NCBI RefSeq assembly: GCF_006345805.1
Contig: NC_043006.1
Coordinates: 69,626,001-69,690,000 of the forward strand
DNA from: Octopus sinensis
Taxonomy: Eukaryota
DNA length: 64,000 bases
Direction: 5' to 3'
The position numbers were made by a program, and so were the translations under genes. This document shows positions 51,307-64,000 of this stretch, in pieces. The notes under the pieces were generated by a model. That model was not told the DNA's origin. It searched no databases and saw nothing but the letters and a program-made list of their open reading frames with translations. How positions within the stretch are numbered: the stretch's first letter is position 1; the number at the start of each line of letters is the position of its first letter.

Positions 51307-52557
51307 GTATAGGCGTTCGCCAAAACATGCGCTTTGCAACCAATTGAATACTATCCAGGAGTATAATGTTTATAGAGAATTATTTAGGCACGCCTGGATT
51401 CCTTATCAAACCTCCATGGATGTGTCAAAAAACGATAACGGGAAACTCGGAGTAACGACAATGAAAAACTTTCGGTTTCAAATAATAATGTCATATTTAC
51501 ACATGGAGTGAGTGTATTTATGTATGTTATAGAAATCTTGCAAAAATAAACATGAATATAAGTTTAAATGACGATGAGAAACGTAGATAGGACAGCGAAA
51601 GAAAAACAAGAAAAGAAATAGAGAGAGAGAGGGGGAGTATTATAAGTTTGGCAGAATGTTCGAAAAGGATAAAGAAAACTGCAGTAAGAACACAAGAATG
51701 TGAAATAATGATTGAGAAAAGAAAAAAAAGAAAAAGAAGAAAAAGAAAAATAAAGAAAAAGAAAAAGAAGAAGAAGAAGAAGATTATGCATTGAGAATAA
51801 TAAAAGCTGGATTTCTTGAAAGAGTGAGGGTGAGAGGAGACGGTGTTGGTGAGAAGATATATTTCCGGTAGCCGAGGTAGGTAACTGAGGGTGGGTAGAG
51901 CGGTAGAGGCGGAAATGATTGGCGGGAAAAACGGTCGGTAGAAATACGTGGAGAATGTATAATTGCCATTAGCAGAGGAATCAATAAGGTTTGAGCGCGT
52001 GACACACTGCCTGGATGTTGTGTTGGTGGCGGGGAGGTGGGGGTGATAGTAAAGGAGGGGGCTTGATGTGGTGGTGGCGGCGGCGGCGGCGGCAGTGGTG
52101 GTGCTGCTGCTAGTAAAGGTAGTAGTGTTAGTGGTAGATCTATTAATGAAGGCAGTGATGATGTTGGTTCTCGTAGTAGTAGTAGTAGTAATGATGGTAA
52201 TGGTGGCGCCGGTGGTGGTAGTGGTGGTGCTACTGTCATAGTGGTGGTGACAGGTATAATGGTGGGGGTTAATGGCGGTGATGGTGGTGATAATTATGGT
52301 TGTGTTGGTAGCGGTGCGCGGTGATAGACTGGTGACGGTGACGATGGTTGGCGGAGATGATGAGGCGTGTTGTGTTGGTTTGAAAAACGCATTGTGTCAG
52401 GTTGCACGTAGCAACTGCACTGATGATGGAGGAGGAGGAAGAGAGAGAAATTCAGTAGTAGTAGTAGATAATGTTGATGATTTGGTGGTGAAAGTGATAG
52501 TGAAAGTAAAGATTTCCATGTACCAATCGTGTCAAGTAGACTGCCTGGATCTCATCA

Positions 52558-52594
<37 letters not shown>

Positions 52595-53863
52595 TGAGCG
52601 TATATAGTACATACATATACACATGCATACGTACATAAAATACACACACATGCACATTTACATACAAATATACATACATATATATTCATATACGTGTATA
52701 CTCTGATGTTTACTTGGCTTCAATCATCGGACCGTAGACATATTGAAGTGCCGCCATCAATGGCTTCGTTGATCATGTAGACTTCAAAGTATATATTTTT
52801 CAGTTTAGTGTGGGGGGGGGAACATGATTCCGTAGGTAACAAGCTTGATTCTCAACCAAGAGGTCTTGGGTTTAGCCGAGTGAGCAGCACATTCAGCAAG
52901 TGTTTTCTGCTATGGTCTCATGTCGACCAAAACCGTGTGCATAGAACTGGTAGGCAAAAACTAAAAGAAGGCCTTCGTGTATGTGTGTGTGCGCGCTTAA
53001 CTGGTGTTGGCTTGTTTACATCCCCTTAACTTAGCGATTCGGCAGAAGTGCCTGATTGAATAAGTATCAGACTTGAAAATAGGCACCGGGCTTGATTTGT
53101 ACGAGTAAAACCTCCAAAGGGAATCATAGAGATAGGTATATACACACACACACACACACATATATATACATGCGCGCATTCTCCTTCAGACACATTGATT
53201 TCATAAGAATTTATAAATTTCGAGAGGAGAAACATTTCGTTTTTGGAAGACTGAATCTCGAAGTAGATGATAAAGCTATGAATAATTATTTTTAAATATA
53301 GGATTCAGACCTTTAGATAGAAAAGTTGCTATTATTTCTAGCATTATCGTCTCTGTCGAAGTGCACCGTTCGAAGATAGATAGATGGATGGACACACAAA
53401 CGGACAGAAAGATGGACAAAAAGATGGACTGACGGAGATAGATAGATAAGATCTGCATATCTGGATGGGATAGAAATGTTCTCTAGCGTATACGGGACTG
53501 AGTGGTGGTTCTTTCTCGGAAAAAAGTTCGTTGTAAACGAAGAGCGCGCAATAAGAACGAAGTGACGATACTCTTGTTTTTACTAATAAAATACCCAAAC
53601 GGAGTTTGGTCGAATAATTTATTAAGCGGATGGAAACATCAGTTTTTTTTCTGCTGTTTTTATGTTGCTCCAATTAACACTTTTCATTAATTATTCCTTT
53701 TGATTATGGATATATATATAAACACACAACAAAACGCTTTCATAGTCTTGTTCCACTAAATTGTACTCACAATCTATGGGTTAGCTACATAGTTAAGCTG
53801 TTGCAAAGCGTCTGTCTTAATTACATAGCCAGCCTGTAACTGTACACACACAATATATATATC

Positions 53864-53916
<53 letters not shown>

Positions 53917-54318
53917 ATAAAAAGTGACGTCAAGTTAATGTTACGTGTTTCGAGGAACGACCGCTAATTATATTTTATTACATGCAAAGTTATGCAATTC
54001 TGTACAATGAATTTAGAATTCATGCACTTCTACACACATATAATTTAATTCACAATCAACTTAAATGTGTGTGTGGTGTGTGTGTGTGTGTGTGTGTGCG
54101 TGCGCGCGCGCACTATAGCAATTTCATGCCTTTAAGAGCTCTCAAATAGCACGGCCTTAAAATACTTATATACACGCATATATATGCCTGTGTGTGTGTG
54201 TGTGTATATATATATATCACTACATATATATCACTACCAATTATATACACACACATACACACGCACACATAAAAGCACTCTTATACACTAGGGATATGGA
54301 AGAGAAAGTATTCTAGGT

Positions 54319-54525
54319 AAAATTTTGGCACAAGGCCATGAAATCCCAGTGAGGGCCGAAGTAGAATATGTCGTCCTCATTGCTCAGCTGGTACTTATTC
54401 TATCGGCCCTGAAAAGATTAAAAACAAAATCGACCCAGGTGGAATTTGAACTCACGACGTGGAGACGGACGAAATGCCGCAAAGCATTTTGGCCGACGTG
54501 CTAACGATTCTGCCAGCTCGCCGCC
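54319..54525 (-). mobile_element. SINE family A
   Basis: GGAATTTGAACTCAC...GTGCTAACGATTCTGCCAGCTCGCCGCC. Confidence 0.85.
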
Positions 54526-54668
54526 TTAGGTTCATTAATATATTACAATTCCTGAATGGAAGGCCAAAAGCTTTGCCCTTTCGACAAGGATTTTTGAATT
54601 TATTTATAAAAAAATCTGTGTATTCCGTATCTTATTAGTTGTGTCAGCTTTTAAGAGCCCGTATTTCG

Positions 54669-54757
<89 letters not shown>

Positions 54758-55261
54758 CCTGGGCATGTATTTGTTCATTTGTAAATCTGTGTTGTCTGTG
54801 CGTTAATTCTAATTGCTGCTAGTAATTAGTGTTCGACTTATGTTTCCCATTAATGAACTTGACACCCCACCCACAACTACCATCACAACTCCACCGCCAC
54901 CACCTCCACCACTACTGTCATTATGTCGATGCTGATGAATAAGATAATTTAGGAAGAGATAGGTGTTTTCATGCTGGAGCAATTTAGTAACGATGATGAT
55001 GATGATGGTAATGATGATGACGGTTATCATGGTGGCGCTGGTGGTGGTAGTGATGGTGCTGCTGCTGATGTTTGCAGAGATAGTTGCTATCATTGTTGTC
55101 ATCATAGTGGCGGCAGCGTTGGTGGCGGTGGGGGCAATGATGATGATGCAATGAGGTTCCGAATAGTTGCTGTTAGTTTGCTTCCCTTCCTGTTGTTGGT
55201 GGTGGTGGTGACGTTGGTGATGGCGGAATAGATCATGACAGTGGCAAGCCCCATTTCTCTT

Positions 55262-55455
55262 TTGCGTGTTTCAGCCATTTGACTGCGGGCATGCTAGAGC
55301 ATCGCCTTTAGTCGAACGAATCGACCCCAGGACTTATTCTTTGTAAGCCTTGTACTTATTGTGTCGATTTCTTTTGCCAAAACGCTAAGTTACAGGGACG
55401 TAAACACCCCAATATCGGTTGTCAAGCGATGGTGAGGGACAAACACAGACACACA

Positions 55456-55500
<45 letters not shown>

Positions 55501-55662
55501 GACAGGCTCCTTTCAGTTTCTATCCACCAAATTCACTCGCAAGGCTTTGGTCAGCCCGAGGCTATAGTAGAAGACACCTGTCCAAGGTGACTTGCCGTGG
55601 GACTGAACCCAGAATCATGTGGTTGGGAAGCAAGCTTCTTACTACACAGCCACGCCTGTGCC
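55262..55662 (-). mobile_element. SINE family B, full length
   Basis: Reverse complement of family B with internal (TA)n. Confidence 0.9.
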
Positions 55663-57201
55663 TGTTAATTAATGCTAAGTATCGTTGCTGTTCTTGCTGT
55701 ATGGCCCCAGTTGGCCTCCACCCTGTTACTAAACACAGTCAGTAGGACGCGCCACTAAGTCATTATCAAAACCATTTCCGCGCCTCCAGACACACAACAC
55801 CTCCGTCAACGTCCACAGCTACAACCGCACATTCTGAACTACTCTGATTGATAAAATGCTACAGTAGTGTTGTAACCTGTTATCGATGGTCTCCTTATAA
55901 CATTTGCAGTTATTGTAGTTTTTGTTGTTGTGTTCAATACGCATCAAGAAACACACCACACCATCTCCTCTTCCTAGCACCCCTTAGCAACACTTCGTCA
56001 GCCATTAGTATATTAAGTGACAGCCATATTTACATCAGTTGACATATTGTGTCCATTAACTAAATGTACGAGGGAGGCACAGAAATACTGCTTTCAACAT
56101 ATATTACTACTACTACTACAGCTACTCCTACCACCACAACAACAACAACATCCCACTATACACAACAACATCTCCACAACACAACGTCGTGCGATCACAT
56201 TTCAATGAGGTGAACCCCTAAGACGTCATTTGACTTGTTAGAAATAGCAACCAAATCTCGTTGAAATCATCTTTCACAGTTCTAGTAAAGGACAAACTGG
56301 ATAAAGTAGAGCTGATGCTTGTTCTAAGTCCCTACACAAATGAAAAAACCCAGTGGTCACAGTTCGAATGCCTTTGATCACAAATTTCTTTAACCCGGGT
56401 TCGCCTACAGCTACCACATACGCACGTACACACAAACTACAACATTACATCACAAACCCATCACTGCAGTACCACTATATACTATCACCATTACTGTAAC
56501 AGTTTACACTACAACAACACGGTGCACCTCTAAACAACTACTATACAACTCCTGTACTATTTCTACAATATTGCCATTATGGCAAAACACCACTAGGCTA
56601 GCAGCAGCAGCGACAACAACAACAATCACATCTCAACAACTACAGTTCACACACCTGATGTACTCTAGCGATAAAAACAACATGTCAGCGCTGTTTTCTC
56701 TATGACAATAAACTGAATGGACGCCATTTTGAAAATGGACAATATTTTTTGTATTAATGGTGATTGATTACAGATCAGCATTATTGAGTGTTTTAACAAC
56801 ATAGCTGTTCTCTCTCTCTTTCTCTCTCTCGCAAATTAACACTCTCTCCCCCTCTTTTTCTCCTTCATTGTAACTATAAATGTCTCTTCCATTTATATCT
56901 CTGATCATATTTCATCTCTCTATCTCTATTATAAAAGCCTCTTCCATTTATATTTCTGATCATGTTTTCATCTCTCTCAATCTCTATTCAACTATTTTCT
57001 CTCTTCTTTTGTCTTTCACTGAGTCTGTCAGTCTATATGTCTGTATCACTGAGCTTTTCTCTATCGCCCTCCCTCACGAACACACATTATCTTTGTCATA
57101 CTAACTTTCTTTTTCACACTTCTTTTTCGCTCGCTCTACCTAGCTTCCTCTGTTTCTGTCAGTGTCTGTCTTCTTGGATAATTTCTGCTTCTTTCTCTCT
57201 C

Positions 57202-57243
<42 letters not shown>

Positions 57244-57881
57244 GTGTGTGTGTGTGTATCTTGTCTGTCTTTTTCCCCCTAAATCTTTACTCTTAATCTA
57301 TCTGGCTCTCTATCTTTTCCGCCGCCGTTCTTCCTCTGTTTTTTTTTTTGTGATTCCCCTATTGCCCTCTGTCCTCTCTTACATTCCACTTCTCTTTTAG
57401 TCTCCATATCTCATCTTATGGTTCAAATCTGGAGTCGACTTTAATTTTCATCTTCCGACTGTCGTCAAAGTTAATACCAGTCAATAACCGAGTATCAAAT
57501 CAAATAACTATACAGCCTCACCATCTATAATAAATTTCCGGCATTTTCCTTACATAAGAAATTATTGTTATGTTCCTCGATCGATTCCAGGTTACTTCCG
57601 GATGATTCCATGACGTTTGAAATGAGGAGACCACTTCAATGACCTTTTCCTTGTAATTCTTCCTGGATATTATGCCATTTATCTGGTGAAACTTTAAGTA
57701 GCAGCTTACATCTATTCTATAAATTATATTATAAATTTTTTTTAATGAAAACACACACACACACGGGTAATGATCGCCGTCACTCTTGAAAGTAAGTTAA
57801 ACTACGATTCACGACGTGCTAGAAATAATTATACCCGGCAATGTATACTAGACATTTTGTCTCGCAAGTGAAGCAAAGTCC

Positions 57882-57968
<87 letters not shown>

Positions 57969-58001
57969 CAGTCAGACAAATAGATAGGTAGATAGGGATT
58001 A

Positions 58002-58280
58002 GGGTATAAAATTAGAAGTGGTCGTCATATCAATAATTAGATAAATAAAGAAGTATACAATAAAAAGCATACAATACAAATATGTATGAAAGCAAATGGA
58101 TAATAATGAAAGGATTATAATAAACTTTGTATAATAAAATTCCATTTTTTATTATTATCTAAACTTTATTATAATCCTTTTATTATTATCCATTTGCTTT
58201 CAGGTAATTTTTATTGTTTGCTTTTTATTATATGTTTATTTATCTAATTATCGATAGGATGGCCACTCTTATTTCATGCC
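58002..58280. mobile_element. ~280-bp foldback element / MITE
   Basis: Near-perfect 38-bp inner arms TGAAAGCAAATGG...ATTATAATAAA with their reverse complement; imperfect pairing continues out to GGTATAAAATTAGAAGTGGTC / GGCCACTCTTATTTCATGCC. Confidence 0.85.
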
Positions 58281-58999
58281 TTTCTCCACCATCGTAGCCT
58301 CTTAGACTTATTGTCTCTCTCTTTTATGGTCCTTCCGGCCTTAAAGAGGGAATATAGAAGCCTGTTAAATAAATAAATATATAAATCACTAGGTGACCTT
58401 ACACTTTGTACTTAGCCCTAAAACCGCTTCTGGAATAGAATTAAGACAAAAGAAACTAACTATATCCTAGTTGCAGGGGTGAGATGCTTCGCTATCTGAT
58501 TTTCCCCAATCCCATTATCTAACGTCCTTCATTGCTATAAATCTTCGTAACTCCCCACGCATGACAACTCATTATTTTCTTCTCTAATGCATGAAACTGA
58601 ACTAACAAACTATGACCAGCAAAGGCCATAGAAACGTGAAGGTGCCCATACCGTTGGCTTATAAATGATTTTGGATGCTGTGATTAATGTATTCATCTAA
58701 TGAAAGCGGTTTTTCTAATGATGTAATGTCTCCATTAATCAAAATTTTGTTGAAAAAGTTGTAGTAGGTTGACACATTATCCATCTGGTTATGTTTATGT
58801 ATGTATATATATATATATACATATGAGATATTGGTATCCAGAGGACCCAAGGTAAGTGCTATGGTAGGACTGTAGTTAAACTTTCGACTCGATAATAATA
58901 CGAGTGAGGAGTCTAATACGGGTCATGTATATGTTAAATAAAGTGAGAACAAAGCCAAGGCTGTGTGCAATTTATAGGACATTTATAAAGAGAAAGTTA

Positions 59000-59047
59000 G
59001 TCTTACAGCTGTTTCTGGGATACTAGGGATATCCCTCCATCAGAGAC
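59000..59047 (-). ncRNA. Penelope-type minimal hammerhead motif (family 3), A9G variant
   Basis: Minus strand GTCT-CTGATGG-A-GGGATA-TCCCTAG-TATCCC-A-GAAAC-AGCT-GTA-AGAC: stems I and II pair; palindromic ACAGCTGT stem III. Confidence 0.55.
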
Positions 59048-59410
59048 GATGTGGGATGGTTAAATAGGGGGAAATAGTAGAGTTCAATATAAGGAGTTAT
59101 TTTGGAAAAGGGTGCAAATAAGCTAGTGGGTGAACGATAAAAGTTGAAAGTGCACATGGTTACACGAATTCAAAAGCGTTTCGATTAAACCATTGAGCAA
59201 TGTTTGCTACTATATTAACCACAACCATTTAACTTGTAACTGAAAATGTAAACATTTTGTGCAACATGCAAATCTTTCTACGACGCAAAGATAGACTTAG
59301 TTTGAAAAAGTTGAGACGAAGTTCTTCCCCATAGTAAAGAGTAAGAAATCTACATTTTGTAGGCTAATATAATGCGTGCTGTAGTAACAGCATATTATTA
59401 TTATTATTAT

Positions 59411-59617
59411 GGCAAGCTCGCAGAATCGTTAGCACGTCGGGCGAAATGCTTAGCAGTATTTCGTCTGTCACTACGTTCTGAGTTCAAATTCCGCCGAGGC
59501 CGACTCTGCTTTTCATCCCTCTGAGATCGATAAATTAAGTACCAGTCAAATGCTGGGGTCAATGTAATCGACTTACCCTTCGCCCAAAATTTCAGGCCTT
59601 GTGCCTATAGTAGAAAG
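59411..59617 (+). mobile_element. SINE family A
   Basis: GCAGAATCGTTAGCACG ... GAGTTCAAATTCCGCCGAGG ... GGGGTCAATGTAATCGAC. Confidence 0.9.
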
Positions 59618-59650
59618 TATTATTATCATCATAATTATTATTATTATTAT

Positions 59651-60202
59651 TGAGTGAGAGAGCAGTGCATGCCATCAAAGTGAAACTGGGGTAAAATATA
59701 CGAAGCCCAATATACCCATCATGACTACCCGTCTGACAAGGGTACACCAGGCACATGCATCACAACCATATGTGTGCGACATGATAATCTCATATCAAGA
59801 TAAACAGAGCATGACCTTGCAGGTGGGGCCCAGTTAGAATTTTCTTCTGGTCGAGTAGCCCATCCCGCTCAAAAGGTCCCTGAAGAAGGATCAAAGATGT
59901 TGAACGAACCACCCATGTTTCCAAAGGTGAATTATCCAAACCTCTACGAATTCCTTTCAACACACGGCTATGATACTCCCTCACTACTTCTGCTCATGAT
60001 CAGAGATGCACGTATTGACAGCCACCAAGGGACATGCTCAACTGGTTAAGATCAAACAAGTGACAAGCAAATCTTTAGTATTGAGTAGAATATTTGCAGT
60101 AGCACATCTTTTATTACCAAGACAAAACAGTGTACATGATAACACTTCCAATCAATTAAGGTCAGAAGCCATGAGAGCCACTTTCTGGTACTGCATCAGG
60201 GC
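59651..60202 (-). mobile_element. ~550-bp non-coding retroposon-like element (family G) with (TAA)n tail
   Basis: Non-repetitive block bounded by (ATT)n on the left and (ATC)n on the right; minus-strand 3' end GCACTGCTCTCTCACTCAATAATAATAAT. Single copy in the window, so repeat status is inferred. Confidence 0.45.
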
Positions 60203-60222
60203 ATCATCATTATCATCATCAA

Positions 60223-60430
60223 GGCGGTGAGATGGCAGAATCGTTAGCACGCCGAGCAAAGTGTTTCGCGACATTTTGTCCGTCATTACGTTCTGAGTTC
60301 AAATTCCGCTGAGGTCAGTTATACCTTTCATCCTTCGAAGTTGATACAATAAGTACCAGTTGATCACTGAGATCAATGCAATCCATTTAGCCTCTCCTCC
60401 GAAATTGCTGGCCTTGTGTCAAAATTTGAA
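60223..60430 (+). mobile_element. SINE family A
   Basis: GGCGGTGAGATGGCAGAATCGTTAGCACG ... AAAATTTGAA. Confidence 0.85.
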
Positions 60431-61205
60431 ATCATTATTTTCCTTTTGTTTTATCCGATCTGTTCCATGTCTCAACCGTATAAATCGGTAAGTAGCAATT
60501 ATTATCGTCATTATATTGTTGTACTTTAACTTTTCTAGATCTTCACAGTCACGTCTTCAGATGAAGTAATGTTGGAGTGTTGCTGTTTTTTTTTTATGGT
60601 AGGCACGGCCAGTGTGGTTGTATTTTACTGGAACTTGAAATTTTACCATTAGATTTATAACTCATCAGCTTAATATTATATTTTTGTGGTTGGTGTATGT
60701 GTTTAATGGAGGCTTGTGCTGTGAAAGGACCGTTAATACCATCATAAATCTTAAATTTTCTAGGAAATTCTCTTAAGTATAAATGTATTTTTTACTAATG
60801 TTTTTCTGTTTAGTTTTGTTCTGCGTTGTGTGATGTGGTGCAATTATTCCTTGTTGCATGTGCATGGCAAGTATGAATGTATGTATGCACTACATAGGTA
60901 TGTGTGCATATATATGTACATAGTTATGTTCATAAACATATTCGAAAGGACTACGCACGTGTGTACGTACAGTGTATATATACATATAAACCGATGTTTG
61001 ACAATAAATTTTAAAGTATTGTTGCAAGTAAAATTTAAACGGATTTAGAAGTTAAGCAAAGTATTTTATAAAAACATTTTTCTTGAGTTTTTTTTTTTTT
61101 AAATATTCGATCTAAAATATTCTTTTCACAGAAAAAAGGAGTTAACGGCACATTGAGATCGCAACACAATGAGAAAAGTACAATGCCATTTTTTGTCATT
61201 GTGTT

Positions 61206-61271
<66 letters not shown>

Positions 61272-61546
61272 TAATGTTAATTCCTCCTTTGGTAAAAATA
61301 TTTTAAATCGAAATTCTGAAATAATAACGATAAGGTTACTTTTCTTTTTATTAGTCACATTATTTAGCTTCCATTTCCATTCAAATTGTGTGTGCGTGTG
61401 TGTGTTTTACTTGTCTCTGTGAAAATGTATCTGCGTATTTGAAAACTATATATTTGCAGTTAATAAACAGCAAAATAAAAATGAAAATTAAAACCAGATG
61501 AATAGGCTATTTCATGATTTAAGACACGGTAGATTTTCCACCAGGG

Positions 61547-61770
61547 AAAGGCGTGGCTTTGTAGATAGAATGCTGCACTTATGGTCGTAAGATTGTGGTT
61601 TCGTTTCCGGGACCGGGCGGTGCTCTTTATTCTTCCGTAAAACACTTCATTTCACGTTGTCCCAATGTTCCCAGCTGACAAAATAAATAACCTTGAGACG
61701 GTCAGGCGTACTGTCCAGGTCAAGGGAATATATATGGCAGAGAATCCGGGAAACTGGCTGGAGAAAGCTC
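61547..61770 (+). mobile_element. tRNA-derived SINE related to families D/C, degenerate
   Basis: GGCGTGGCT...GGTTTCGTTTCCGGGACCGGGC, CACTTCATTTCACGTTG, GGGAAACTGGC 3' motif. Confidence 0.55.
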
Positions 61771-61820
61771 AATCTTATCTCGTTCACATACGTCATTTTA
61801 TTTGAAACTATGCAGTTATA

Positions 61821-62005
61821 GGCGTAGGAGTGGCAGTGTAGTATGTAGCTTGCTTACAAACCGCATGGTTCCGGGTTCAGACTCACTGCATGGCACCATG
61901 GGCAAGTGTCTTCTGCTATAGCCTCGGGCCGACCAAAGCCTTGTGAGTGGATTTAGTAGACGGAAACTGAAATAAGCCCGTCGTATATATGTGTGTGTGT
62001 GTATA

Positions 62006-62043
<38 letters not shown>

Positions 62044-62103
62044 TATATGTATATATATGTATATATATGTGTGTATATATATATGTGAGTATATATGTGT
62101 GTG

Positions 62104-62140
<37 letters not shown>

Positions 62141-62326
62141 TTGTCCCCCAACATCGCTTGATAACCGATGGTGGTGTGTTTACATCCGCGTAACTTAGCG
62201 GTTCGGCAAAAGAGTCCGATAGAATAAGTACTAGACTTACAAAGAATAAGTCCTGGGGCCGATTTGCTCGACTAAAGGCGGTGCTTCAGCATGACCACAG
62301 TCAAATGACTGAAAGAGTAAAAGAGT
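61821..62326 (+). mobile_element. SINE family B, full length, expanded internal (TA)/(TG)
   Basis: All family-B blocks present, ending AGTAAAAGAGT. Confidence 0.9.
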
Positions 62327-62694
62327 TATTTTATCCTATGAAAGAGGAAGTTTATTGCTAAATCTCTCTCAGACTTCACCACATCGTATTTAGAAAAAAA
62401 AACACAAGTAGGAAGATATCGCTTTGAATTCTTTGTCCGGATTGGAGAGTCCCAAGTGTAGGTCCAGTTGTTGGATCGAAGCTAATCTATGCTACTCAAG
62501 AGCATCCGGAAGCGCCTAATGCAAAGTAACCTCGTTGGAGTTTGAACTCACAATATAAAGAGTGTAATCAAATATTGCAAAATAATTCTGGATCCATTCT
62601 GCACATGATTTCTTTTATCAGAATGGAAACAAATACTGAAAAATACGATTGCATGCATCCTGTCCCTTATTTTTCCTATCTAAGCTCTAAAATG

Positions 62695-62863
62695 GTTTCA
62701 CATTTTGGCACAAGGCCAGCAATTTCGGGCCATGTTGGTTAGACGGTTAAGGATGAATGGCAAAGTCGACCTCGGCAGATTTTGAACTCAGAACGTAAAG
62801 ACGAACCAAATACCACTAGGCATTTTGTCCGGTGTGCCAATGATTCTAGCAGCTCACCAACTT
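62695..62863 (-). mobile_element. SINE family A with internal deletion
   Basis: TTTTGGCACAAGGCCAGCAATT ... GGCAAAGTCGACCTCGG ... TTGAACTCAGAACG. Confidence 0.8.
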
Positions 62864-63032
62864 ATCGAAACTCTATATTAATATGTCGAGATGTTCATAA
62901 GAAAATTTTAGAAAGAAGACGAACTCTGAACTATTTAAATTCTTGGTAAAAATACACGACTTCATAGACCAGTTGGAGGACGAAAGGAAGCGAAGCCATC
63001 CTCAAACCAGACAAGCAAAATACTTTCTTCTA

Positions 63033-63111
63033 TACTCAGAACGTAGCGACAGGTGAAATACAGCTAAGCATTTCGTCCAGCGTGCTAACGATTCTGCCAG
63101 CTCACCGCCTT
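63033..63111 (-). mobile_element. SINE family A head fragment
   Basis: GCTAAGCATTTCGTCCAGCGTGCTAACGATTCTGCCAGCTCACCGCC. Confidence 0.8.
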
Positions 63112-63521
63112 AAAGTGGAAAAAGAAGATCAATTTCATTAAAGGCACTCAAAGAACCAGGTAACGGTGGTGTTAAAAATGGACAAGAGATCAAAATTTGT
63201 CACGCAGGAATTCAGATTGCAGCCAATATAACGCGTCGATGTGTGCATTTATCATCTTTGACTGACTCTTTCGGGGAAAATTTCCTCCCAGGGACAACTT
63301 CCTCTTAGCTTATTTCTGTGTGAGACTGGCCACCGGGCTCGTAACCTCGACCAGTTCTTCTCCATAATAATAGCAATCCAAAACAACGTAGTTCAAGAAA
63401 GAAAAAGAAAGACTTTCTTAGTTGTCAATACAATCTACGTGTTGCTAAACACAGAAACGTGTATATTTTATAATATACGATTATTAACTTAATACTTATA
63501 TATCTATCTGAAGGGATATGT

Positions 63522-63559
<38 letters not shown>

Positions 63560-63750
63560 TGAATGTATGAGTTTGTATCCAGTCTACAAAATTTATTTGA
63601 ACGTAAATATATAATTCCACTGAAGCACACACATATATTCACACATATGTGTATGTATATTTACATGTATGTTAGTGCGTGTGTGAGTACATACATATAT
63701 GCGCGCATATATATATATGCACGTATGTATTTTGCAAGTATGCATGTGTT

Positions 63751-63784
<34 letters not shown>

Positions 63785-64000
63785 CATATAATGTACATGT
63801 GTATGTATTTCCATGTATATGCGTAAATATCTGTATACACGTATATGTGCAAGTATATGCGTGTGTGTGTGTATATATATATATATGTATGCATATGCAT
63901 ACCCCCACCCTCATACATGTTTTATTCCACTATTGTTAAATCTCAAGTAATTGACAACCCAGCTGCAGTAAATTCTCACCAGCTGTAACAACAGTTGCAA

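Noticed and set aside
51784-52607. Pro/Gly/Val-rich ORFs (also 6.9-7.5, 14.4-14.9, 31.5-31.9 and 54.8-55.2 kb)
   Set aside because: Degenerate GGT/GAT/GCT/AAT trinucleotide tracts without splice or codon evidence.
60140-60205. Possible HDV-like ribozyme at the 5' end of the family G element
   Set aside because: Could not build P1/P1.1/P2 pairing by hand; the L3 sequence does not fit.

Overview
AT-rich, microsatellite-saturated animal DNA with no recognisable protein-coding exon. Almost all ORFs in the supplied track are translations of (TA)n, (CA)n, (GATA)n or trinucleotide tracts, or of SINEs. The repeat landscape (extreme microsatellite density plus several tRNA-derived SINE families) resembles an octopus/coleoid cephalopod intron or intergenic region; this is inference from recall, not a database result. 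My family labels A-H are working names. The window holds about 30 SINE copies or fragments, several MITEs and foldback elements (hAT-like, mariner-like, a ~280 bp palindrome), and a possible RTE-LINE relic. The most interesting signal is three different short repeat families carrying minimal, dimer-type type-I hammerhead ribozyme motifs of the kind known from Penelope-like retroelements. One family occurs twice as a head-to-head palindrome with a hammerhead in each arm. One copy has an 11-bp target-site duplication and the other keeps a tRNA-like B-box remnant at its centre, suggesting a tRNA-headed, hammerhead-tailed non-autonomous retroposon. Other leads: a candidate recursive splice site on the minus strand, an ETS-CRE/YY1 promoter-type motif cluster, helically phased octamer motifs, a pre-miRNA-sized hairpin, and two nearly identical young SINE insertions with TSDs.
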